In this document: piece by piece, positions 36,484 to 48,486 of the stretch
How the letters are laid out: every line of letters starts with the position of its first letter
Position numbering within the stretch: position 1 is the stretch's first letter
DNA from: Fistulifera solaris
Lineage: Eukaryota
Length of the DNA: 64,000 nucleotides
Assembly (NCBI GenBank): GCA_030295235.1
Contig: AP026167.1
Span: 806,001-870,000, forward strand
Direction of reading: 5' to 3'
Notes under the pieces: model-generated
Database searches by the model: none
What the model was told of the DNA's origin: nothing
Seen by the model: only the letters and a program-made list of their open reading frames with translations
Program-made: the position numbers and the translations under genes

Positions 36484-36636
36484 TGGGTATCATTGGGTAT
36501 ATTCTCTTGTGAGGTTTGAATTGCAGAATTAATTGTTCGAGCATATGAAACGCAATCACGATGCACACACGGAATACCTGGTACCGGTACTGTACAAGTA
36601 CGGTGGTGTGAGGTTTGAACTGTAAAGAGAACCTTA

Positions 36637-36929
36637 TCCATGACTGCATTTCAGTCATGAATCAACATTTTCGAGTTCCCAGCTAGTCGCAACTGCAGCC
36701 TCCCCTGTTGCTTTTGATTGACAAGCTATTCGATTGAAAATGTTATGAAGACGATGAAATTATACATAACGGCATTTACCTTGTCAGCGATGACATTGCG
36801 TGTCACAAAGACTTGAGTTTCGATCTGTTTCGTACGTGCTCCGTAGTATTTGCTACTCCGAAGTACTTTCGTACCAGGTATACGCTCAATCTGTTGTCCG
36901 TTTTTTTCACGACTGAATTTCAGTCATGA
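36637..36929. promoter_or_regulatory. Two copies of the palindromic YCAYGACTG-N5-CAGTCATGA motif within a diverged ~90-bp duplication upstream of MTFP1
   Basis: Copies at 36637-36660 and 36907-36929; the same motif recurs at five other intergenic sites. Confidence 0.55.
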
Positions 36930-37163
36930 ATGTAGGGTCGAGTTCCGAGCTAATCGCAGCTGCCATCACCCCGTTTCTTCGGCAAGCTTATTGAGCTATA
37001 ATTCACTTTGGCGCTCGTCGTTTTATAGTGAGCGCTCTTGCCAAATGCATTACAACCATGTGGTGTGCTATCGGGAAGGGGGTCATAGTTGCTTTTTCAG
37101 TGTTACAGGGTACAAGGAAACAAAACTAGGAGCTCAAACAACGTACAAAACATCACATCATAA

Positions 37164-39080
37164 TCACAAAGACGCTGACCATAATTGTAAAGTCGAATTT
37201 TTGATTCGAAAATCAATACACACGCGAAATTGACGCATGGCAACGCTTCCCACTCGAGCAACGTGAAGGAAATTCACATCTAACCCTTGCGCACGGCTCG
37301 CTCCTTCAATTAGCCGCTTGGACCTTTCGCATTCCGGATATTCGTGATCGGCGACGAAATCGTACCAATGGCATTCACCACCGTCGCGTTTCAAGACAGC
37401 TAGAAGTTCAACCAAAAAGGAAAGACCACCATCTCCAGTCCCTATATCGCCATCCATACTTCCTTCTTTCGGCCTAGGTGCTAATATTCGATCATAATGA
37501 TGTTTGGGCAAGGTCGGCAGTATTTGTAAAACATCTCCTTCAAGTATGACCAGCCGATCTGCTGCTCCTTTGCACTTGACAGCCTTATTTCGCTCCAACA
37601 TTCGATGCGCTCGCTTGGCGCATTCGACAGCCACGGGATTTAATTCAACAGAAGTCACCGAAGCAGGCTCGGTACGACCCGCGATTTGCAAAGCCTCCAT
37701 TGCCACACCGGCAAACAAAACCAGGACATGTTCTCCCCTCGCCACTTGTTGACATATCCGGAGTCGCTCTTTTGCCATTCGCGGGGTGAAAAAAGTTTGA
37801 TTTAGGTCCACCACACATTTGATGCCGTATTCACTGTGTGTTGTTATCAGAGGAAAACGCCGGGCGCCGGCAACAATCACAAGTTCTGATGGAGCACGCT
37901 CGGTACCCTGCAAATTTTTGTTTTGCAATGCCACTACTTTAATGGATTTGTTTTTCTGCATCAACAATTCACCAACCTTCTCCCACTCCTCTATTGATCT
38001 CGTTTTGCTCATTGATGCTGTTGTAAAGGACTCGTGTACAATCGCAACATCTCCGACTACATCATAACTCCTCGGTAGCGAAAACTCGCCATCCTCGCAA
38101 GGTGATTCAACAAGTCCTTTGAGATTCCTTTCTTCATCAACACAATTATCAATGCAATTTTCGTCCAATACCTCGTCTTCAAAGCTTTCTAGTATAGTTG
38201 AAGAAATCGTTTCTCGAACGGTTTGCACAAAACGATCTATTTTGCTCCAATTCCGATCATGTCGTTCATTGATCAATGCGGCCAACCAATGCAACATGGC
38301 ACTGTCACGGAAGATAGGTTGTACCATGTCATGATCTGTATGTTTGTTCATTTGGGGCAGAGAAACAGGCATATCCAGTCCTTCGTCTCCCCAAATGGCA
38401 ACTAGATACCGCGAGTCTTTCCAGGTCGTCAATCCGACATTCTAGGAACAAGAGGAATGAACCTTGTTGTGTGAGAGTCTTATATCAGTGACATGAGGGT
38501 GTAAAACAAATCTTTCACTAACCTTGAACGAAGGACGAGCAGCATTCATGAGTGCGGCTGCTGTTTCTAAAGATCGACACGCGACATGTAAAATGAACGG
38601 CTCAAATCTTAGAAATAAAGAATTGCCTTCGACAGTCGCATGTGTTGTGACAGGATCAACCGCCGGAGTATCCTCTGGTTTGAGAAAGGTGTCCTCCCCA
38701 TTGTTGTAATCGTTGTAATCGTATTGCCCTATCGATCTCACTGGATCACCTCCTCCCGTCGGATCCGTCTCCAATGTTGTCAAATCAAAATATCGTTCCG
38801 GCTCGTGAATTTTGTCATGATTGACACGAAATCGTTCGAATGAATTCGTCGATTTGATACCAGGACCCCGATACAGATAACATCTTCCCGCACATGACGA
38901 TGTTGTGTAATAAAACGGCAAATCATTGATGACAGCACAGATTTCGACAACTTTCGGATCGATCCGACCCGCCGAACTCTTGTCGCGTTTTCCGAGGCAT
39001 TGGACTTTGCTATTCGCGAAATTGTTGTGCTGTTGGCGCGTCCTAGAGAACTGCTGTTGCTTTGAGTGTAAGGTGGTCAT
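37164..39080 (-). CDS. tRNA wybutosine enzyme fusion: TYW3 domain + TYW2/Trm5-family SAM domain; intron 38442-38522
   Basis: DKSSAGRID, YYTTSSCAGR and FEPFILHVACR (TYW3); YDVVGD, FFTPRMAKER and LFAG (Trm5/TYW2 fold); the intron joins the frames as FK|NVGLTTW. Confidence 0.85.
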
Positions 39081-39541
39081 AACTCAAATAATTTGAATGT
39101 GTTTTATAGCAAGACGGACGAGGAAACTTGGGAGTTTTGAATAGGAAAAAAATTATTGAAAGAAATCGTCAGCACACGTCCGTCGCCCGTCTCTGCAGAA
39201 ATACAAACAATCTCTGGAAATGTCCCAGTACCAGTCCGCTTATTTGACGTATTGACGTAGGAACACTGAACCGTTGACGCAGCACGTCAACAATCACGCG
39301 TTATACAAAGTTAAAGACGCGATGCAATCGTGCGAGGGCACCAAAAATTTTGTCCACGTTCGTCGAGGGACGGAAAGAGTAATAGAGACACAAAAACATT
39401 ACGGAGTATATTTATGCACTTCTTGTGCTCGTTGCTCCTTGTCGAGGAACAAAGACCCTTTGCTGTTGCAAAGAAAGGAGACCATCCAGCAGAGATCTTG
39501 TATTTTAAAAGATTTGACAGTTGACATAGGTTAATAAATAA

Positions 39542-40042
39542 ATGACAACTCAAACGACACCAACGTATTATGTCCCCAACAATGCCTCCTCACAGAGAAT
39601 CGTCGATGTTGTTCCCTATCAAGGACCGAACCCTACCGCTCCACCGACGATGGATGATCTCTCTTATTACTATACACCTTCTCCAGCACACTCAACTACA
39701 GTCGCATCGCTTGCCGAACCCTCTCGTGAATTGACACCTTATCAAAGCGAACAGCGAATGACGACGGTTCCAGCTCCTCCGGCTCTCAGTAATCAACAAC
39801 AGAAACAAATCAATATGAAAGAAAAACGAAAACGTATTCAAGCGGCTGCTGCAGTGACGGGAGCTGTCTCGGGATTTTTCGTGGCGGGGCCGTTGGGGAG
39901 TGTTGTGTTGGGTTGCACTTCGCATTTAGTCACTAAACAAGTGTGCAAGAAGCGGGAAAGGCGCATTTTGGATAAAAGTATGATCAGGCGATCGCGCAAC
40001 CGCAAGAATTTTCAGATGATGCTGTTTTTACGTAACACGTGA
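39542..40042 (+). CDS. Hypothetical protein with glycine-zipper-like TM segment
   Basis: 166-aa ORF; AAAVTGAVSGFFVAGPLG. Confidence 0.6.
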   Translation: MTTQTTPTYYVPNNASSQRIVDVVPYQGPNPTAPPTMDDLSYYYTPSPAHSTTVASLAEPSRELTPYQSEQRMTTVPAPPALSNQQQKQINMKEKRKRIQAAAAVTGAVSGFFVAGPLGSVVLGCTSHLVTKQVCKKRERRILDKSMIRRSRNRKNFQMMLFLRNT

Positions 40043-40360
40043 AGTGTGAAAGGATTCAAATTTATTTCGCAGCAAGGAAATCATAACTATATAGCAACCA
40101 ACAATATGAATAGACAATCACGTCTCCTTTTTGTCTCATAGCAGTAATAACAATATGTCAACACAGGTGACGAAGGCTAAGATTCGTCACGTTCTATAGG
40201 CTTGTCGTTCAAAAGAACATAGTTCAGATTTGAGGAGTACAAGTTCATATCATCGATTGCAATTGCCCGATTCATCTTCTCAGAGCCGCCTTTCGAGCAC
40301 ATTTAAGAAAGCATAAAAGCATTCCAAAAGTATTGTTTCCTAAGCAAATATGCTTGTTGA

Positions 40361-41673
40361 TTATTCGCGCCACGATTCGTCTGTATTGAGATACTGATAC
40401 TCTCGAGTCGTCGGGTTCCAGACCATTCCATCTCTTGCTTCCGTCTCCTTAGCAAGAGCGGCTTGACGGAACTTCTCCTGTTCCTCCTCTTCTTTTCGCT
40501 GTCGCTCCAAAGCCTGTTGCTGGGCACGGATACGTTGTTCTTCTGCGACGCGTTCATCGCGTGCCTTTTGTGCCAAAGCATGAATTCCTTGGAACGACAC
40601 TATCTTTTGTTCCAACATTTCCGAAAACACAATATCATCTTCATCCTGTTTCAACGATTTCTCCAACCACGGCAAGTACCGTTTCGCTTCTTGTTCCAAC
40701 ACGTGACGTTCTTGAGCAATCGCGTGCAACTTTTGGCGTTGCAGTGTCATTTGCTTTTCATCCATACGATTCTGTTGATATGCTTGTTGCAATTCGTCTC
40801 CGACCAAGTTCGCCAAGTCGTCTGCGGGCATATTTTGCAATCTCTCATCAATCTTGGCCAACACCAGTTGAGCACCCTCGTACTGCTGTTGCAAATCGGT
40901 CAAACGCGTCCACAATTCCAGTAGATTGCTCGCCGACAGGATAACGGACCGGCGTTTCCGTGTGCCCGAATTCGAGTTCTGGGATCCCAAACTGCTGCGA
41001 CGACGTTTGCTCGTATTCGAAGGATCCGTAGCCTTGTGTTGCGACATTTCATCCAAGGCCGACCCCAAATTGATTTTGACTTCCAGTTTTTGCGAGCCAG
41101 CAGTGCTAGCAAAGATATCTTCGTCATCTTCGTCGTCATTGTCTTCCATAATGTTGCGAATATCATCATCGTCATTAGTACTGCGTGCTGATGAAGGGGC
41201 TTTTGTGGTAGTCGCTGTCGGATCGGGTGAAGGTCCCGGTGAAAAGAAGCTACCGAAGGCGACAAGGAAGGCAAGGATTGTCTCGGGGTAATAGTAACTG
41301 GGGCCCGACCATGACGATACAGTTCTAAACCCTGCAAGATATCACCGATAAAGCGCGTACTATAGACTTGTCGATCTCCCCAAATCTTGGTTGTTCGACG
41401 GACTTTCTCGACCAAGGTCGGATCTCGCGAACAAATATGTACCAAGGATTGCGAAAGAACCGGACTCATCGCCTCCAAGAACTTGTTACCGCGATTGCGT
41501 TTCGAATTTTGCAAGACTTCATTTGCAACGTAAAGCAAGGGCAAAAGTTGATTATCGACACAAGTCTGCAAGGCATTTCTCCATTCGTTGACTGCCACAC
41601 TAGCACCGCGATCGTAAAACTTCATCATAGCTCCGGCGGCATTTTTGAATGGAAGGGGCCGTGCCGTCGACAT
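40361..41673 (-). CDS. CID-domain RNA Pol II CTD-binding protein (RPRD1/Rtt103-like); frameshift near 41270
   Basis: LLYVANEVLQNSKR...KIWGDRQVY CID motif, followed by an acidic linker and coiled coil in the second frame. Confidence 0.8.
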
Positions 41674-42339
41674 TGCCGAGAATGGAACGCAATGAAGTCG
41701 CGTCCGGCATTGTAGTGGTGTGAACGATTATTTAAATAGAAATAAATAAATTGATAATACAAACGATTAGGTTTGCGACAGAATAGAGTAGTGAAGAATG
41801 AATAGATACTACAATGAGTATGTCGTAACGCTTGCGTTTTTCCGATTACTGATTGTGAACGTGAAAGCTCTATACAAGCTGAATAAATAATAAAAGTAAG
41901 AGTAATAAGAAGAAAGAAAGGAAAATATGTTGTACTTGTGCTGCTTGTGGTGGGTAATCACTTGCTGCGGCGGTGAGCAGCTCTCTCTCTAGAGGCGACG
42001 ATGATTTTATTTTGCGGCGGAGGGCGATACCAGGTAGGGTCGCGAGTCGCGAGTCTTGACTACACTTTGGGGCTACAATACATTTCTCCTTGACCCTTTT
42101 TATTGTGGGAAGTAAGGGAGACTTCCGTTAGGTCTCCAACCAGGGTGAACCTCTTCCGATAGCTCTCCCGTTAGGAGAGACGTTAACTGACTACATTCAA
42201 CTTTACAGTAGAGTACGCGCCATTGGATGTGGTACTAATTACTTAGAATCTACTTAGGTTGCTCGATAAAGTAACAAAGCCTTATGAATGACAGTCCCGG
42301 ATGATTCATGAATCACCCCTCTAAGATAACCAAATCCTC

Positions 42340-42492
42340 AATAAACAATAGTCAGCGAGCGCGACCGCTCTTGATAAAGAAAAAGTCAGCGAGCGACCGC
42401 TCTCAATTGTCAATAAAGAAAAACCAGCCTACGTGACCCTGATGCAGCGAGCGCGACCTTCCAATAAAGAAAAACCCAGCCTACGTGACCTT
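42340..42492. repeat. Subterminal repeats of the MULE
   Basis: CAGCGAGCG(CG)ACC x3 and AATAAAGAAAAAC(C)CAGCCTACGTGACC x2. Confidence 0.8.
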
Positions 42493-42609
42493 CCACCGAT
42501 CAAGGCTTTCGTCGAAAACTACTTCGTGTAAATAATCAAAACCCAATCTACACAATTTCAGTTTCAAACTAGACTTGGTTGATTAATATCACACATTACT
42601 CTATACGTG

Positions 42610-43380
42610 TCATTCAGCCAATTGAAACATAACATCAAATACAAAAGGTCGGAGATCATCTCCGACTCCAATCTCCGAAATAGAGTCAAGGAACCATGTC
42701 CTCTCATTGAGGGCACGTCGACCATGTTTCAGAATTGTCGCCGCATAAAAACATACATATGGTCCGCAACTATGGCCATCATGTTGCAATAGTTTATTGG
42801 GAAGACGCATTTCTTGGTATTCCCACGGAGCGAAATCGGGTAATGTTGATTCCTGCTGCTCGCTTGTTGACGCATTCTAATTGCTGCCTCACCGCGCAAT
42901 TTAAATAAACCTGAAAGCCAGACAGCATTAGAGTAGTGATCGTCCGGATCTTCGAGGGAGTCGAGCGAATAAATAACTCGATTATCGGCATCAACCACCA
43001 TCAACCACCAGTGCCTCTCCTTGCACATAGGGAATAAATGAATGCCCAAATTGTTCGATTTTGTCATAGAATTCAATGCCACAAACGCTGAACTAAGCTG
43101 CAGTCTACCCTCTCTCTTAATATTTTGGTTGGCGGAATCCCACAGATTACTCATGACATACGACGGGTGTGCAATAACTCCCTCATCCGTTCACGGTCTT
43201 GCTTGTTATGCTTTCAAGGAAACTGTTCACAATCGCGTCATTGAAATAACATTGCGAGTTCATAATTTCAAGGCATTCACTGGTTATGGATGCCGTGGCA
43301 CCACTTAGCACCTTGATATGATGCTTCTTTCCCTCTTCAGGTCGTGACGACTCCGCGACCTTTATCAACGCCCTTTGCAC
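42610..43380 (-). CDS. Ulp1-like (C48) SUMO protease domain carried by the MULE (frameshifted)
   Basis: YFNDAIVNSF, RHWWLMVVD, YSLDSL and QHDGHSCGPYVC give the His-Asp-(Gln)-Cys catalytic set. Confidence 0.85.
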
Positions 43381-45799
43381 TGGATTGCAAAAAGGAGTGA
43401 CCGAAGAGATCCCCTGGCATCTTCTTTGTTGTAAATCAGATCGTTTCCATTCTTTCTTGTCCCTACAGTGATAAATGATTCTATTCCACTTCTTTCCTTT
43501 TGCTGTCTCTGCAAGAGTATTCCGCGCACGTGGATTGCAATATTGTTCTCACTCACAAGTCCTCGCTGGTTTGCTTCCTTGCGTTTTCGGGTTGAAGCCC
43601 TTCTTTTCATCGTTAAATCATTTGTTTCCGTTTCCGTGAAATGATTCTGGAATATCAAACTCGTGTTCTTGAACCAAACAATTTAATTGCTCAATGGTTC
43701 CCACAAATGGATAAGCTGTGTCGTAAAAATAGGATACGATCTTTGATGGTTCATCAGTAATGACTGGGGGTTGCAAAGGGGCTACTCCAATTTGCCTTAC
43801 TTGTTGTCGGCGTAATGAAAATTGATTTTCATTTCTGGGATCTACAATCTTACGTCTCAGGTCGAAGGGTGTTCTCAAGAATTGTGATGAGGTCCCACTA
43901 GTGGCAGTAGCGGGACTTGTTATAGCTCTCACGAAGTTCTTCTGGTTTTCGGAATACCCACTGAAAATGAACTTGAGAGCTTCATTTTGTGCCAAGTTCT
44001 TTCTTCGCAGATCTAGCGGCATTTTCAGGAAATGCGACGAATCGTCACTGAGATTACCGGATTTGGCGGGACTTGCATTCTTCTTTTGGATGTCTAATCG
44101 CCTTTTAAATACATGTGATGAATCGTCACTAGCAGACGTGGGCGGGACTTGCATTAGTGGGTTCTGTCTTCGGTATCTTTATAATCATATCTTCAGGAAT
44201 CGTGATACTTCGGTTGTTGGACTGTTTCGAATGAGATCTTGGCAGTGCTCTCAGATTACCCCTCTTCATAGTTGGCATCTCAACTATGGAAGAAACTGCT
44301 GTGGCGGGACTTCCTGCTTTTGCTTCTGCAATCGGTGGCGGTTTCAACTTCTTTTTACGGGCATGAGTCGGGCCTTTGGCTCTGGAATTTGCTGTCAGTT
44401 TCGATCTTTTCCTTTTTTGTGTTGTATTCTCATTCATTGAAGACTCGATAGTCAAGGCATGAGCTCTGATATCAGGTGGTGGCTTCAGATTTTGACTCTT
44501 CATGGTCGGCCTCTCAAAGATTGACGAATCAGTTGTGGCGGGACTTGTTCCTTCAGCTTTTTGATTTGGTGGCTGTTTCGGCCGTTTCCTCTTTCTCGTT
44601 GCCATTTTGACTAATGAAAAATCTGTTGTTGCTGGACTGGAAGCACAAGCTGTTGTGGTCGGCGGTGGTTTCAAATTCGGTCTGGATGCGGTCGCTGTCT
44701 TCAATATCGATGACTTTGCGGTAGATGGACTTGCCTTCTGCGCTTTTAAATTCGTTACTTGTTTGGATCTCCTCTTTGTTCTAGTTGTTGGCATTTCATT
44801 TACTGAATATTCTGTTGTTCGCGGGACTTGAGGCAAAAGCATTATGTGCGGTGCTTGGTTCCACATCTTCATCCTCTAGAATTGTCGACAGATGACCCGA
44901 GTGTGCACTGTTCAGACGGGAATCGTCATGGATGCCTACCTCGACATCATCAACCATGGTCAATTCTTGTTCGTGACTTCTTCTTTCCGTGTAATCCTTG
45001 TCACGAATAATTACTACAATATCTCGGTTACTACCTGACGGAGCAAGGTCCATATCCAGAAGATAGTTATTTTCGTTGTCGTCTTCAGCGTGAATTTCTG
45101 CAGCGTCTTCTCCAGTAAGCTTTAAAATCCGTGACTGGACAATGGCATTGGCTGCATCAGAGTCTTCTACTAAGCCAATCTTGTCAATATTGTGAAGGCC
45201 ATGTCCTCCGGAGGTATCATCGTTGTCCAAATCTTCAGAAGTAATTCCTGCATCCATGTCAATGGCATGTTGGGAAATGGTTGACCAGAATTGCGCCAGT
45301 TTCAAGTAATGCAGGATCCATGTACCTTCGATCATCTTTGAGGTAGTCCAGACACTGTCGAATTGTGTGATTCGGTGATCTGCAGTGAAAGCAGTGCCGA
45401 GGTAAGGGCTTGCCGTCTCTACGTTCGTCCAAGAGTTGATTCTAGCTGTTGCATGTGTTCCGCCTTTGGTTTGGTCCCAAAATCAAACAGACCATCGGGC
45501 GGCAATCGCTTCTGCTATTGCATCGTTATTTCGACTGAGCTTGTTCTTTGAACTTGGCTCATACTCCTTTGTCATTCGTGCTGATTCCAGCGCCGATTGC
45601 TTCTTTTTCTTTGACTTACGTGGTCCCGGTTCACCATTACTGATTATTCTGTTCCCCGAGTTAAGCTTGTCAGTGTAAGTTGGTGATGGATAAATGTTTT
45701 CTGATTGATAAGCAAGCTTGATATCCCCAAATCCCGGGACGTCAAGTCGCTGGATAGTTGTTAAGAAACTCTGTAAGGAAGCTGACGATCACCACTTGT

Positions 45800-47666
45800 C
45801 GGAACTTTTCCAAACTCTTCAGAATTGCGAAAACACAGAGGGTGGGATTGAGGGCCAAGTTGAGGATCTTGTCACGTGAAACAAGGTTGATGTGGCCGCA
45901 GTAGATTTCCGCATCGCTGTTCTACTGCAGGAGCAGTACAGGGACGGAGTGCTCGTGGGTTCATAAGTAACATACTCCGTCTTCTTGTGCTTTTCAGCCG
46001 TGCATAATTTGAATTTCAAACTGCCATCGGGCATCCTTCAGCATCCTCTATTACAAAATCTAGATCTTCATTGCCTGTATCTTGCAAGCTTCGAAAGTAT
46101 ATGGTGAGGAACCTAGCAGATTTGGTTGTTATTTCATCTCGAAATTGTCGAAGAGATTCGGCAGCCGCCATCAAAAAAGTTAGAAATGGCTAGTGGAGGG
46201 GTATTAGTCCTCACTTCATGATGTAGAAGCCACTGCTGGGCCGATTCGACATGATTTGTTGAACAGAAACCATATAAAGGGAACTTGTTTCCAACTGGCA
46301 CGTGATCGTTGAGCAACCACCTCCATTCGTCGACGTCTCCACTTATCTCTGTGAAGCCATTCACTTCAGCTAGATAGGTAAAATATAGGGGCTCCCACAT
46401 AGATTCATGTTGACTCGGTGTATTTCCAAACACAGTCCAATGAGTAGGATGAATTGTCCCAAGAACATAGATAACAATTCAGCGCACCGGTACTAAGAGT
46501 TTCGTTTTCTTCAATTTGTGGAAGCGCTTTGACAAGCTTCTTCGCAGCATCCAAGAAGGCGTTAACATCTGGAGCGCTTTGCATCTCGCGCATAAACCAA
46601 GCGACCGCTCTGCCCTCTCAGCGATCGTTGATTGATATTGAATAGATGGTAAATGTTTGAAGAATATGAATCAAGCAATACTTCACGGAAACAACCAGTC
46701 CATAATGTTCTGCCAACGCTCGGACAGCGGCGAGAATGTGTCCTCGGTCAGTGAATACTGGAAACTCTTCGAAATTGAACCCAGCTTGATACATCATGAG
46801 AAGGATATATATCATCCCTTGCTTGTTTTCCGAGGGAATCAACCCAAAACCAAGTGGAATGTTACTTCCATTTCCATCGACCCCTATGATCGGGACTCCA
46901 ATTCCATCGTGTTCGGGGTATACGGATGTGTGTTCCGTCTAAAAGATTGCAGGAATGCAGGCATTTCTAAAGAAGTGCGCGGCATTCTCAATGAACACAG
47001 TTGACCGAAAAAAGCATGAGTTCTGGTCAGTTTCTAAATTGACGGAGGCATTTGGATTTAGCTCGACATATTTCCGAAGATACTGGGCCAACAGCTCATT
47101 GTACATCAACAAATCCTTTCGGTAGACCTCACGGAAGTGTTTCTTGAGATTTGAATGCATTGTCGGGCCAACTTCGATGTCGAAACCCTCTTTCCTGAGG
47201 ACGGCGTTGAGATTCTTGCGAGTAGCATGACTGTCGAAGTTTGGTGCCTGGAAGCATGTTTTGAAGAAGTCTTGAACAGCAGGAATGTTCTGCACTATCA
47301 TTGATTTTCTGCGGCAGTCCTTTGGGAGGTCGTTTGTTGGAGTGCAAAACAAACTGTGCCTGAAGTTAGTACTAGGATGGTCGTGTAGCAATCGAAGTTC
47401 GCCGTTTTCTTCCTTGAACTTAAGTGAGAACGTTTTGCAGCAAGTGCACACGTAGCAAGGGCTTTCTCCGTGCTTGCTGACATCTCGTAAGAGCTTTCGA
47501 TCGTACACAAAAGCGATGCTGCGGAGAAGCTCCTCGTGATCATCCTCAGGGATCGGTTTGTCATAGAGAAACTTTTCAAAATCATACGGACCGGTTGGAG
47601 GAAGTGCCCCATATTTTTGCATAATCGTGACGAATGATCGTCGCCCTTCGTTTCAATGATCGACAT
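45800..47666 (-). CDS. MULE transposase with SWIM finger (frameshifted in this assembly)
   Basis: AIF(L)DGTH, VDGNGSNIPLGFGLIPSEN, VFTDRG, YCLIH, STNHVES and CSC...CGH motifs across 1-nt frameshifts. Confidence 0.85.
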
Positions 47667-47966
47667 GTTAATGTTGTAAAAGAGCAACAGTAGGAACGGA
47701 AGGGCAACTATGACAATAAGGAATGCAGCGTTCTGATCATCTTGTCGGCAGTCGGAACGGAACAAACGCACAACGCGAACGATTGTGCGGTTATTGTGCG
47801 TGACCTAAGTAGAACTAATGATGGATGGAAGGCCTTTAAGTAATTAGTACCACATCCAATGGCGCGTACTCTACTGTAAAGTTGAATGTAGTCAGTTAAC
47901 GTCTCTCCTAACGGGAGAGCTATCGGAAGAGGTTCACCCTGGTTGGAGACCTAACGGAAGTCTCCC

Positions 47967-48299
47967 ATTTCAGCCGCCAATGTCTTCGAGGAGGTGGAGT
48001 CCTGACCTTCATGTTTTTACTATAACCCAAACAGTTGGTTGCACTAATCCACGACTGTATTTCAGTCATGAGACTGCATCATCCTTTTGTACATGTAGCC
48101 TGCAGCGCGAATTTTTTGTTTTTTTTTCGTGTTTGATCATAGTCTCATTACAATAATAGATCTAAAGCTAACTATGCTCTCACCTTCAAATTTCGCGCAA
48201 TTGCGATTTCAGCCGCCAATGTCTTCGAGGAGGAGGAGGAGTCCTGACCTTCATGTTTTTACTATAACCCAAACAGTGGGTTGTACTAATCCACGACTG
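47967..48299 (+). repeat. ~92-bp direct repeat (47967-48057 and 48206-48299) abutting the right TIR
   Basis: ATTTCAGCCGCCAATGTCTTCGAGGAGG...CCACGACTG occurs twice with few differences. Confidence 0.9.
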
Positions 48300-48486
48300 G
48301 ATAGTGATTTATCTCGAACGATAATATCGTGGATACCTCTAGCGTTCCTTCGTTTGCCGCTCATTTCACACATTGATTGTCTCTCTAGAGTCGTCCACCT
48401 GACACAGTATTTTGATTGACACTCGACGAGTCAATTGCGATACGGTCCTTTCGTTTCAATTCGCAGCTTCTCAATAAATTCACAAA

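Larger units (their letters stand above)
42116..47966 (-). mobile_element. Mutator-like DNA transposon (MULE), 5851 bp, perfect 130-bp TIRs, encodes transposase + Ulp1
   Basis: 42116-42245 is the exact reverse complement of 47837-47966; termini GGGAGA..TCTCCC; internal MULE and C48 protease motifs. Confidence 0.93.
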
